A stretch of DNA of 20,812 nt from Candidatus Magasanikbacteria bacterium CG10_big_fil_rev_8_21_14_0_10_36_16 (GCA_002773185.1 PFBU01000025.1:1-20812); one strand, 5' to 3'. Shown: positions 8,062-16,077, numbered from the stretch's first letter. The notes: a model not told the origin generated them from the sequence alone. Made by a program: numbers and translations.

Positions 8062-8544
8062 ATGAAAGTACAAACAAAAGCACAATTAAGATTTTTACGA
8101 ATAACTCCTCAAAAGGTAAGATTGGTGGCTGGTTTGGTTCGTGGTATGGAAGTGAGAAAAGCTTTGGATCAATTACAATTTAGTAGTAAACAAGCAGCTA
8201 TTCCTGTCAAGAAATTGATTGAATCAGCTGTAGCCAATGCTATTCACAATGATCACGTCAAAGAAGATACTTTGAAGATTGAAACTATTTTTGTCAATGA
8301 AGGTTCAGTATTGCGTCGTTGGATGCCAAGAGCTATGGGTAGAGCAACTCCTTTGCGTAAAAAGAGTTCTCATATTACTGTTGTCTTGACGGGTGAAGCT
8401 GATGAAACAAAAAAAGAAGTAAAATCCGCCAAAGGCGGATCCGTCTTTGACGGAAAAGAATCATTATCCGTTAAAGGTTCAACTGATAAAGAAAAAGTTG
8501 TTGAAAAAAATAAAAAAGAAGTTACTAAAAAAACTAAAAAATAA
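8062..8544 (+). CDS. rplV: 50S ribosomal protein L22 with about 45-aa K/E-rich C-terminal tail
   Basis: LRITPQKVRLVAGLVRGMEVRKALDQLQFS...RATPLRKKSSHITVVL is the L22 core. The tail starts near TGEADETKKEVKSAKGGSVFDGKE. Confidence 0.96.
   Translation: MKVQTKAQLRFLRITPQKVRLVAGLVRGMEVRKALDQLQFSSKQAAIPVKKLIESAVANAIHNDHVKEDTLKIETIFVNEGSVLRRWMPRAMGRATPLRKKSSHITVVLTGEADETKKEVKSAKGGSVFDGKESLSVKGSTDKEKVVEKNKKEVTKKTKK
8422..8460 (+). repeat. GC-rich double-hairpin module, copy 1 (inside the L22 tail)
   Basis: ATCCGCC-AAA-GGCGGAT (8424-8440, 7-bp stem) is followed immediately by TCCGTC-TTT-GACGGA (8440-8454, 6-bp stem). By hand alignment, 33 of 39 nt are identical to 13858-13896. Confidence 0.8.
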
Positions 8545-8565
8545 TTAGATACTAAATCATTAATT

Positions 8566-9255
8566 ATGGGTCACAAAGTACATCCACAAATTCATAGAAC
8601 AGGTATCTTATTTCCTTGGGCTTCACGCTGGGTAGGAAAAAGAAACTATGCGCAGTACCTAGAATATGATATAAATATTAGAGAGTATTTGAAGAAGAAA
8701 TTTAAAGATGCTCAAATTGATTCCGTATTTATTGAACGTGGTCCAAAAAATATGACTATCACTATTTTTGCTGCCAAACCTGGTGTGATTATCGGACGTG
8801 GTGGTCAAGGTCTTGATGATTTACGTAAAGATATTGAAAGAAAATTTTTGAAATTAGCAGTAAAAGTAAAATTGAGTATTCAAGAAGTACGTCAGCCATC
8901 TCTTTCTGCGGAAATTATTTCACAAAACATTGCCAAAGATATAGAAAATCGTGTAGCTTTTAGACGTATCATGAAGCAGACTATTGAAAAAGTTATGTTG
9001 GCTGGAGCAAAAGGTGTTAAGATTACTTTGGCTGGACGTCTCAATGGTGTAGAAATTGCCCGTCGTGAAACTCTTTCCAAAGGCAAAATTCCACTTATCA
9101 CTATTAGAAGTCATGTTGAATATGCTGGTAATACTGCTCGTACTTTGTACGGAGCAATCGGAATCAAAGTTTGGGTTTATAAAGGTGAATCTTTTGAAAT
9201 GATTGATAAATTAGTTGATAAAAAAGAAGATATTAAGAGAAAACCTAAGAAATAA
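8566..9255 (+). CDS. rpsC: 30S ribosomal protein S3
   Basis: [14 protein letters not shown]..., KH-type [17 protein letters not shown], and operon position. Confidence 0.97.
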   Translation: MGHKVHPQIHRTGILFPWASRWVGKRNYAQYLEYDINIREYLKKKFKDAQIDSVFIERGPKNMTITIFAAKPGVIIGRGGQGLDDLRKDIERKFLKLAVKVKLSIQEVRQPSLSAEIISQNIAKDIENRVAFRRIMKQTIEKVMLAGAKGVKITLAGRLNGVEIARRETLSKGKIPLITIRSHVEYAGNTARTLYGAIGIKVWVYKGESFEMIDKLVDKKEDIKRKPKK

Positions 9256-9256
9256 T

Positions 9257-9670
9257 ATGTTGTTACCAAAAAAAGTAAAACACAGAAAATGGCACAAGCC
9301 AAGACGTCGTAACAAAGGTGAAGCTACTAGAACTAACACTGTTGCTTTTGGAACTTTCGGTCTTAAATCTACTACTCATGCTTGGGTGACTTCTAGACAA
9401 ATTGAAGCTAGTCGTCGTGTGCTTACTCGTTATGTTCGTCGTGGTGGAAAAATTTGGATTCGTGTTTTTCCAGATAGACCAATGACTAAAAAAGGTAGTG
9501 AAATGCCGATGGGTAAAGGTAAAGGTACTCCTGACCATTATGTAACTACAATTAAACCTGGTACAGTATTATTTGAAATGGCTGGTATTACAGAAGAGCA
9601 AGCTCGTGAAGCAATGACTAGTGCTACTCACAAATTACCAATCAAAGGCATGTTTGTTATTAAACAATAA
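9257..9670 (+). CDS. rplP: 50S ribosomal protein L16
   Basis: [21 protein letters not shown] is the canonical L16 N-terminus. The ATG at 9257 follows the rpsC stop (9253-9255) directly. The 9215 start in the ORF track overlaps rpsC and adds non-homologous residues. Confidence 0.95.
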   Translation: MLLPKKVKHRKWHKPRRRNKGEATRTNTVAFGTFGLKSTTHAWVTSRQIEASRRVLTRYVRRGGKIWIRVFPDRPMTKKGSEMPMGKGKGTPDHYVTTIKPGTVLFEMAGITEEQAREAMTSATHKLPIKGMFVIKQ

Positions 9671-9690
9671 AAAGCAATTTTACGATAAAT

Positions 9691-9912
9691 ATGGATTACA
9701 AAGAATTGAAAATTAAAAGTCTAGGAGCCTTAGAAGAACTATTGGCTGAAAAGAGAGACCTTGTAAGAAGTTTGCGTTTTCAAGCTAGTGAAAATCAGCT
9801 TAAAAAAGTAAGCTCAATCCGTAAAGAAAAGAGAAATGTTTCTCGTATTATGACTGCTATCAAGAATTTGAAAAATCCTGCTAAACAAGGTGATAATAAT
9901 AAAACAGAATAA
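9691..9912 (+). CDS. rpmC: 50S ribosomal protein L29
   Basis: KELKIKSLGALEELLAEKRDLVRSLRFQASENQLKK matches L29, and the position fits. Confidence 0.93.
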   Translation: MDYKELKIKSLGALEELLAEKRDLVRSLRFQASENQLKKVSSIRKEKRNVSRIMTAIKNLKNPAKQGDNNKTE

Positions 9913-9920
9913 TTAATTTT

Positions 9921-10175
9921 ATGTCCGATACTAAAAAAACACAACATAGAAATTTTGAAGGCGAAGTAGTTAGTGTTGCTGAAAACAAGACTATTCATGT
10001 TATTGTCAAAACTACCAAAATGCATCCAAAATATCGTAAGCAATATGTTGTTAGTAGAAAGTTTGCTGTACATGATGAACATTCTCGTGCAAAATTGGGT
10101 AATTTGGTTACTTTTGTAGAATGTCGTCCTATTAGTAAAACTAAAAAATGGACATTAGTAAACATTATTAAATAA
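9921..10175 (+). CDS. rpsQ: 30S ribosomal protein S17
   Basis: FEGEVVSVAENKTIHVIVKTTKMHPKYRKQY...VTFVECRPISKTKKW matches S17. Confidence 0.96.
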   Translation: MSDTKKTQHRNFEGEVVSVAENKTIHVIVKTTKMHPKYRKQYVVSRKFAVHDEHSRAKLGNLVTFVECRPISKTKKWTLVNIIK

Positions 10176-10193
10176 AACAAATTGAAGTATTAG

Positions 10194-10261
10194 ACATTCG
10201 AATTACGAATACTTGCGAATCTACGAATTCGAAAATTCGGAAGCATTCGTAATTCGAATGT
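10194..10261 (+). repeat. Perfect 17-bp inverted repeat forming a 68-nt hairpin in the rpsQ-rplN spacer, packed with CGAAT/ATTCG words
   Basis: ACATTCGAATTACGAAT (10194-10210) is the exact reverse complement of ATTCGTAATTCGAATGT (10245-10261). The inner hairpin is CGAATT-CGAA-AATTCG (10224-10239). Confidence 0.85.
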
Positions 10262-10294
10262 AAAGCAATAAAAACACTTTAATATAATTTCAGT

Positions 10295-10666
10295 ATGATT
10301 CAACACAGAAGCATGTTAAAAGTAGCAGATAATAGCGGAGCCAAAAAGCTCATGTGTATTCGTGTACTTGGTGGCTACAAAAAAAGATACGCTAGAATTG
10401 GCGATATCATCACTTGTTCTGTCAAAGAATCAATCCCTCGTGCTCAAGTTAAAAAAAGTGAAGTAGTCCATGCTGTAATCGTTAGACAAAGAAAAGAATT
10501 ACGTAGAACTGATGGTACTTATATTCGTTTTGATGAAAACTCTGCTGTGATAATTGACAAAAATACCAAAGAACCAAAAGGTACGCGTATTTTTGGACCT
10601 GTGGCTCGTGAACTTAGAAACAGAGGTTACAAAAAGATTGTTTCTTTAGCTCCAGAAGTCCTATAA
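10295..10666 (+). CDS. rplN: 50S ribosomal protein L14
   Basis: [27 protein letters not shown] matches L14. Confidence 0.98.
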   Translation: MIQHRSMLKVADNSGAKKLMCIRVLGGYKKRYARIGDIITCSVKESIPRAQVKKSEVVHAVIVRQRKELRRTDGTYIRFDENSAVIIDKNTKEPKGTRIFGPVARELRNRGYKKIVSLAPEVL

Positions 10667-10692
10667 GGATTAAGAAATAAGAATTAAGCAAT

Positions 10693-11013
10693 ATGAAAAT
10701 AAAAACAGGTGACAAAGTAAAGATTTTGAGTGGCAAAGACAGTGAAAAAACTGGCAAGGTTCTTCAAGTACTAAAAAATAAATTAACTGATAAAGTATTT
10801 GTGGTAGTAGAAGGAGCCAATATACTCAAAAAACATTTACGTGCCGGAAGAAAAGGTGAAAAAGGACAGATTATTGAATTACCTGCACCTATTGATATGA
10901 GTAATGTAATGCTTATTGATAGTAATTCCAAAAAACCAACACGTGTTGGCTACAAAATAGAAGGTGAAGAAAAGAAACGTGTGGCCAAAGTGAGTGGGGA
11001 ATTTATTGATTAA
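10693..11013 (+). CDS. rplX: 50S ribosomal protein L24
   Basis: The KOW motif MKIKTGDKVKILSGKDSEKTGKVLQV and the position fit. Confidence 0.95.
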   Translation: MKIKTGDKVKILSGKDSEKTGKVLQVLKNKLTDKVFVVVEGANILKKHLRAGRKGEKGQIIELPAPIDMSNVMLIDSNSKKPTRVGYKIEGEEKKRVAKVSGEFID

Positions 11014-11027
11014 TTTCTATAAAAATT

Positions 11028-11573
11028 ATGAAACCAGAATTGTACAAAATTTATAAAGAAACAGTAGTACCTGCTTTGAAGGTTGAATTAGGTTTGAAAA
11101 ATATCATGATGGTACCTAAGATTGAAAAGGTTGTGTTGAATATTGGTTATGGTCGCAATACCAAAGACAAAGCTTTTATAGAAAGACTAGAAAAAACTTT
11201 GACTTTGATTTCAGGTCAAAAACCTGTTCATAACAAGGCTAAGAAATCTATTTCTAACTTCAAAATTAGAGAAGGTATGGAAATCGGAGCTTCTGTCACT
11301 TTGCGTGGTGCTAAAATGTATGAATTCTTGTATAAATTGGTAAATCTTACTTTTCCTCGTGTGCGTGATTTTAGAGGTTTAGATCCAAAAAGTTTTGATG
11401 GTAAAGGTAACTTTACTATGGGTTTCAAAGAGCAATTAGCTTTTCCTGAAATTTCTGGTGAATCAGCTGATAATATCCATGGTTTACAAATTATTGTAAA
11501 TACTACTGCTGGAAACAATGTAGCTGGTATGGCCTTATTGAGTCATATGGGTTTTCCTTTTAGAAAGAAATAA
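11028..11573 (+). CDS. rplE: 50S ribosomal protein L5
   Basis: VPKIEKVVLNIGYG...TLRGAKMYEFLYKLVNLTFPRVRDFRGL matches L5. Confidence 0.97.
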   Translation: MKPELYKIYKETVVPALKVELGLKNIMMVPKIEKVVLNIGYGRNTKDKAFIERLEKTLTLISGQKPVHNKAKKSISNFKIREGMEIGASVTLRGAKMYEFLYKLVNLTFPRVRDFRGLDPKSFDGKGNFTMGFKEQLAFPEISGESADNIHGLQIIVNTTAGNNVAGMALLSHMGFPFRKK

Positions 11574-11585
11574 TAAATAATAATT

Positions 11586-11774
11586 ATGGCAACTCAAGCG
11601 CAAAAAGCAAAAACATTTGTACATAAACCAAAATATTCCAGTCGTATTGTGAATAGATGTTGGAAATGTGGTCGTAAACATGGCTACATGCGTAAATTTG
11701 GTCTATGCCGTATTTGTTTTAGAGAATTGGCTAATCAAGGAATGATTCCAGGTGTTAAGAAATCAAGTTGGTAA
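11586..11774 (+). CDS. rpsN: 30S ribosomal protein S14, short zinc-binding type Z
   Basis: 62 aa with [20 protein letters not shown] (CxxC-x12-CxxC) and ending KKSSW. Confidence 0.96.
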   Translation: MATQAQKAKTFVHKPKYSSRIVNRCWKCGRKHGYMRKFGLCRICFRELANQGMIPGVKKSSW

Positions 11775-11828
11775 TTTTTTAAATAAATAATTTAATTATA
11801 AAATAATAATAAATAATTATATATCACT

Positions 11829-12218
11829 ATGATGACTGATCCAATCGCAGACATGCTAACGCGAATTAGAAACGCTCAGAAGGCTAGAAAGCCTGTTATT
11901 GAGTTACCTTTTGCTAAGGTAAAATTTATGATTGGAAAAATTTTATCAACTAATGGTTATGTGGATGAAGTTACTAAGGTGGAAGGTCCAAAACCTACCC
12001 TTACTATTGTCCTAAAATACCATGGTAAAGTACCAGCTATCACTTCTATAGATCGTGAAAGTAAACCTGGTCATAGGGTATATCGTAAAGCAGAAGAAAT
12101 GCCTAGTGTTTTGAATGGTTTTGGTATGGCTATTGTCTCTACCTCACAAGGTATGATGACTGCCAAAGAAGCTAAAGAAAAAGGTATTGGTGGTGAAGTG
12201 ATTTGTTCTGTTTATTAG
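11829..12218 (+). CDS. rpsH: 30S ribosomal protein S8
   Basis: MMTDPIADMLTRIRNAQKA matches S8. The start could be either ATG, at 11829 or 11832. Confidence 0.97.
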   Translation: MMTDPIADMLTRIRNAQKARKPVIELPFAKVKFMIGKILSTNGYVDEVTKVEGPKPTLTIVLKYHGKVPAITSIDRESKPGHRVYRKAEEMPSVLNGFGMAIVSTSQGMMTAKEAKEKGIGGEVICSVY

Positions 12219-12257
12219 TAAGTTTTAAAAAAAAGATTATCAATGTAAAATATTATT

Positions 12258-12803
12258 ATGTCACGTATCGGAAAACAAGTTATTAGTATTCCAGCTGGAG
12301 TTACAGTCAACGTCAATGATGCTCGCGTTGAAGTAAAAGGTCCAAAAGGAACACTAGTAAGACAATTGAATGAAAAAGTAAAAGTAACTATGGCCGATGG
12401 TGCTTTGACTGTGGATGTACAAAATAAAGAAGACAAAGCTGAGAGATCTCTTTGGGGTACTTTTGGTGCTCATTTGAAAAATATGATTGAAGGTGTAACA
12501 ACCGGTTTCAAAAAAGAATTAGAACTGAATGGTGTTGGTTTCAAAGTTGCTATGAAAGGTAAAGATCTGCAATTAGAAGTAGGCTTTTCTCATCCAGTAA
12601 TTTACAAAATGCCAGATTCAGTTGTAGCTAAGGTTGACAAAAATGTTATTACTCTAGAATCATACGACAAAGAAATGCTTGGTAGTACTGCTTCAGAAAT
12701 TAGAGCGATCAAAAAACCAGAACCTTACAAAGGCAAAGGTATTAAATATATTGACGAAATAATCAGACGTAAAGCTGGTAAAACTGCTACTAAAGGTGAA
12801 TAA
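12258..12803 (+). CDS. rplF: 50S ribosomal protein L6
   Basis: MSRIGKQVISIPAGVTV...LELNGVGFKV...GFSHPV matches L6. Confidence 0.97.
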   Translation: MSRIGKQVISIPAGVTVNVNDARVEVKGPKGTLVRQLNEKVKVTMADGALTVDVQNKEDKAERSLWGTFGAHLKNMIEGVTTGFKKELELNGVGFKVAMKGKDLQLEVGFSHPVIYKMPDSVVAKVDKNVITLESYDKEMLGSTASEIRAIKKPEPYKGKGIKYIDEIIRRKAGKTATKGE

Positions 12804-12807
12804 TAAA

Positions 12808-12871
12808 CACTGATTACATTGATTTTAAAAGATTACACAGATTATAAATTGTGTAATGTAAAAATTCAGTG
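12808..12871 (+). repeat. Imperfect long hairpin in the rplF-rplR spacer, built from GATTA-type words
   Basis: CACTGA (12808-12813) pairs with TCAGTG (12866-12871). The inner 8-bp stem is ATTACACA (12832-12839) with TGTGTAAT (12850-12857). AACAC (12806-12810) and GTGTT (12897-12901) bracket the spacer. Confidence 0.65.
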
Positions 12872-12910
12872 CAATCCAAAAAAACAGTATAAATCCGTGT
12901 TAATAAAAAT

Positions 12911-13282
12911 ATGAAAAATACAACAGCACAACAAAAAAGATTACGTCGTCATATGAGAAGTCGTTCTCGTATGCAAGGTACAGCTACTATTCCACGTATT
13001 AGTGTCTTTCGTAGTTTGCGTGGTATGCAAGCTCAGATTGTGGATGATGATAATGCCAAAGTATTGACTAGTGTAAATAGTAAAAAAGATTTTGATAAGG
13101 CAGAAGACGTAGGTGAAAGAAAAGGAAAAATTGCCATTGCTTTTGTTTTGGGTAAAAAATTAGCTTCTAAAGCTAAAGAGTTAAACATTTCAACAGTTGT
13201 TTTTGATAGAAGTGGTTACAACTATCATGGGCGTGTGAAAGCTTTGGCCGAAGGTGCTAGAGAAAACGGTCTCAAGTTTTAA
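12911..13282 (+). CDS. rplR: 50S ribosomal protein L18
   Basis: RRHMRSRSRMQGTATIPRISVFRSLRGMQAQIVDD...FDRSGYNYHGRVKALAEGARENGLKF matches L18. Confidence 0.97.
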   Translation: MKNTTAQQKRLRRHMRSRSRMQGTATIPRISVFRSLRGMQAQIVDDDNAKVLTSVNSKKDFDKAEDVGERKGKIAIAFVLGKKLASKAKELNISTVVFDRSGYNYHGRVKALAEGARENGLKF

Positions 13283-13308
13283 TTTTGTTAAAAAACTAAA
13301 TTTTGTAT

Positions 13309-13998
13309 ATGTCAAAACCTCAAGGTAACAACAATAAAAGACAAAAACCTAGAAAAGAAAAACCAGAGTTTGATCAAGCTATTGTAGATTTAGCGCGTGT
13401 TACTCGTGTTACAAAAGGTGGAAAACATCTTAGTTTTCGTGCTCTAGTTTTGATTGGTGACCGTAAAGGTAAAGTTGGCTATGGTGTTGAAAAAGGTGCT
13501 GATGTTCAAATTGCTGTTGATAAAGCTGTTAGACAAGCTCAAAAAAATATGATTTTTGTTCCTTTTGATAAGAAAACTATTCCTCATCGTGTGGAAGCTA
13601 AATTCAAAGCTGGCAAAGTAATGATCAAACCAGCCCCTCAAGGCTCTGGTATTATTGCTGGAAGTTCTATTCGTACTGTGCTTGAACTTGCTGGTGTACC
13701 AAATGCTTCTGCTAAAATGCTTGGAAAATCAAACAACAAAATTTCTAATGTCAAAGCTACTTTTGCTGCCTTGAGTTCTTTCAAACGTGAAGCTATTGAA
13801 AAATCAAGAAAATCTAGAGAAAGAGTAGAAAAAAATAAAGTACAACAAATTGAAGTAAAATCCACTCAAGGCGGATCCGTCTTGAGCGGAAAAGAATTAG
13901 ACTCTGCTAAAGTTTCAGCTGACAAAAAAGAAGTTGTTGAAAAAAAAGTTGCTAAAAACGACTCTAATCCGTCATTTGTCGGATCAGAAAAAAAATAA
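13309..13998 (+). CDS. rpsE: 30S ribosomal protein S5 with about 65-aa K/E/S-rich C-terminal tail
   Basis: ARVTRVTKGGKHLSFRALVLIGDRKGKVGYG...GSGIIAGSSIRTVLELAGV is the S5 core. The ATG at 13309 is preferred over the in-frame TTG at 13303 given in the ORF track. Confidence 0.95.
   Translation: MSKPQGNNNKRQKPRKEKPEFDQAIVDLARVTRVTKGGKHLSFRALVLIGDRKGKVGYGVEKGADVQIAVDKAVRQAQKNMIFVPFDKKTIPHRVEAKFKAGKVMIKPAPQGSGIIAGSSIRTVLELAGVPNASAKMLGKSNNKISNVKATFAALSSFKREAIEKSRKSRERVEKNKVQQIEVKSTQGGSVLSGKELDSAKVSADKKEVVEKKVAKNDSNPSFVGSEKK
13858..13896 (+). repeat. GC-rich hairpin module, copy 2 (inside the S5 tail), with a degenerate third core copy at 13967-13984
   Basis: AAATCCACTCAAGGCGGATCCGTCTTGAGCGGAAAAGAA aligns to 8422-8460 in the same reading frame (KSTQGGSVLSGKE vs KSAKGGSVFDGKE). 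ATCCGTCATTTGTCGGAT at 13967-13984 repeats the core in a different frame. Confidence 0.8.
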
Positions 13999-14007
13999 AA
14001 TATATAT

Positions 14008-14448
14008 ATGACATTATCTCCATCTACCCTTTCTTCAAAAAGAGTAAAGAAAAATACAAAAAGATTAGGACGTGGTAATGCCTCTGGTAAAGGTAATTAT
14101 TCAGCACGTGGCTTGAAAGGACAAAGAGCTCGTTCTGGTGGTAAAGGTGGTCTTTTACGCCATGCTTTCAAAGCTCAATTACAAAAAGTACCAAAACTTC
14201 GTGGTTTCAAATCACAAGCTTTCAAAGAAGAAACAGTGACTTTGGCTCAATTGCAAAAAGTAGCTGTGGAGGGCGTAGAAGTTACCCCATTTTTCTTAAA
14301 AAAACTTAGAGTTATTAGAAGTACTAAGAGAGGTGCCAAGATTGTAGCTGGTGGTGAACTTACTAAAAAAATTATCCTCAAAAATTGTCTAGCTACCAAA
14401 AAAGCGGTTGAGATGATAGAAAAAGCTGGTGGAAAAATTGTTTTTTAA
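14008..14448 (+). CDS. rplO: 50S ribosomal protein L15
   Basis: KRLGRGNASGKGNYSARGLKGQRARSGG matches L15. It starts 9 nt after the rpsE stop. Confidence 0.97.
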   Translation: MTLSPSTLSSKRVKKNTKRLGRGNASGKGNYSARGLKGQRARSGGKGGLLRHAFKAQLQKVPKLRGFKSQAFKEETVTLAQLQKVAVEGVEVTPFFLKKLRVIRSTKRGAKIVAGGELTKKIILKNCLATKKAVEMIEKAGGKIVF

Positions 14449-14541
14449 AATATCAACTTGATATAAAATTCTAAGTGCTTTATATTTATTTATAGAGAAA
14501 TAGCCTTTTTTATCTGATTACACCATTAAGAGCACTTTACA

Positions 14542-14745
14542 ATTCACCTAATTTCTAATTACTAATTTCTAATAAAATTCTTAATTTGATAATAATAAAC
14601 TTTTAGAATTTTATTTGCAGATTTGTATGTAACTTGGGAAATTAAATTTAATCTTTGATTTTTAGGGAACAATTGGTTTGTGGAGTATTTGATTAGAAAT
14701 TAAAAATTAGTTGAATTAGAAATTTAAATTTGAAAGTGGGTGAAT
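14542..14745 (+). repeat. Long-range inverted repeats in the 357-nt rplO-secY spacer
   Basis: ATTCACC (14542-14548) pairs with GGTGAAT (14739-14745). AATTTCTAAT occurs twice (14550-14559, 14564-14573) opposite ATTAGAAATT twice (14692-14701, 14715-14724). A separate 7-bp stem joins AAGTGCT 14473-14479 and AGCACTT 14531-14537. Confidence 0.7.
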
Positions 14746-14805
14746 AACATGTTTGTTTTGGACTTTCTTTCACTTAAAATTAAACATTCTTTATCTTAAA
14801 ATATT

Positions 14806-16077
14806 ATGTGGGAAAAAATAATGCGTATCTGGAAAATCAAGGATCTTAGAAAAAGAATCCTTTTTGTCATGTTTTTGTTTGTGATTTTTCGTTTTACTGC
14901 CCATATTCCAGTTCCAAGTATTGATACGGCTAATTTGGCTAAATTTTTGGAGGGTAACCAAGTTTTGGGACTACTCAATTTGTTTTCAGGTGGTACTATG
15001 GAGAATTTTTCTATAGTCATGCTTGGTATTGCTCCATATATCACTGCTTCTATTATTTTTCAATTGTTGGGTATGGTCATCCCTAGTCTGGAAGAATTGA
15101 CCAAAGAAGGGGAGAGTGGTCAACAAAAAATAAACATGTACACTCGTATTACCACAGTTCCTCTAGCTTTCCTACAATCTTTTGCTATGATCAAATTGTT
15201 GAGTAATTCTCAGTATGAAATTTTTGGAGGATTAGATTTGTATAGATATATTTCTATCATGATCATGATTACAGCTGGTACTATTTTCTTGATGTGGATT
15301 GGTGAGCTTATTTCTGAAAAAAAAATTGGCAATGGTATATCTTTACTTATCTTTGCTGGTATCGTGGCTGCTTTACCAAAAGCTTTAACACAAGCTGTTA
15401 TCAACTATGATCCTTCACAACTATATATGTATATGATGTTTTTGGTTATGTCTATCGTAACTGTGGTAGCGGTAGTCGTCATCAATGAAGGACAAAGAGA
15501 TATTCCTGTTAGTTATGCCAAACAAATTCGTGGTAATCACGTCTTTGGTGGTAACACAAGTCATCTACCTTTACGTTTGAATATGGCTGGAGTTATTCCA
15601 ATTATCTTCGCTATTTCTGTAGTTTTATTTCCTTCGATGATTGCTCAGTTTTTTGTCAATGGCAGTGGTTTCATGGCTCGTGTGTCTCAAGCAACTATTG
15701 CTATTTTCAATAATCAACTTATTTATGGCATCATTTATTTTATCTTAGTATTTGGTTTTACTTATTTCTATACTGCTGTTATTTTTCAACCACAAAAAAT
15801 GGCTGAAAACTTACAACAACAAGGTGCCTTCATTCCTGGTATTAGACCTGGCAAAGAGACAGAGAAATATTTGCAAGACACTATGAGTAAGTTACTTTTT
15901 TCTGGAGCCTTATTTTTGGGTGTGATTGCTATTCTACCTCTCATTGTCCGTGCTTTGACTGGTTCACAATCACTCGTGATTGGTGGTACTAGTTTGCTTA
16001 TCGTCGTCAGTGTAGCGATTGACTCAGCCAAGCAGATTGAATCTCAAATCAAGATGCATGAGTATGACCGTGTATAA
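14806..16077 (+). CDS. secY: Preprotein translocase subunit SecY
   Basis: 423-aa polytopic protein with LFSGGTMENFSIVMLGIAPYITASIIFQLL and GISLLIFAGIV, both typical of SecY. Position after rplO fits. Confidence 0.97.
   Translation: MWEKIMRIWKIKDLRKRILFVMFLFVIFRFTAHIPVPSIDTANLAKFLEGNQVLGLLNLFSGGTMENFSIVMLGIAPYITASIIFQLLGMVIPSLEELTKEGESGQQKINMYTRITTVPLAFLQSFAMIKLLSNSQYEIFGGLDLYRYISIMIMITAGTIFLMWIGELISEKKIGNGISLLIFAGIVAALPKALTQAVINYDPSQLYMYMMFLVMSIVTVVAVVVINEGQRDIPVSYAKQIRGNHVFGGNTSHLPLRLNMAGVIPIIFAISVVLFPSMIAQFFVNGSGFMARVSQATIAIFNNQLIYGIIYFILVFGFTYFYTAVIFQPQKMAENLQQQGAFIPGIRPGKETEKYLQDTMSKLLFSGALFLGVIAILPLIVRALTGSQSLVIGGTSLLIVVSVAIDSAKQIESQIKMHEYDRV

Noticed and set aside
9215-9256. Upstream start for rplP at 9215 as given in the ORF track
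   Set aside because: It would overlap the end of rpsC by 41 nt and add [14 protein letters not shown], which is not part of L16. The ATG at 9257 gives the canonical [12 protein letters not shown]-terminus immediately after the rpsC stop.
13303-13308. TTG start for rpsE at 13303
   Set aside because: The ATG two codons downstream (13309) sits in the same TATATG context used by the neighbouring genes. The difference is 2 aa and cannot be resolved from sequence alone.
13999-14007. A hidden rpmD (L30) between rpsE and rplO
   Set aside because: The gap is only 9 nt, and neither flanking ORF contains an L30-like segment in any frame that I could see. The S5 tail is low-complexity K/E/S and is not L30-like.
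7551-14805. CRISPR arrays as an explanation for the repeated words in the operon spacers
   Set aside because: The repeat units are only 9-17 nt, occur in both orientations and have no regularly sized unique spacers. There are no cas genes. The architecture is hairpin or iteron-like rather than CRISPR.
2878-16031. Many 60-100-aa antisense or off-frame ORFs inside tuf, the r-protein genes and secY (for example 2878-3066, 3372-3572, 5621-5926, 9263-9538, 11228-11518, 14796-15044, 15786-16031)
   Set aside because: Each is nested in a conserved gene with unambiguous homology. Their compositions are typical of antisense translation, and there is no independent support.
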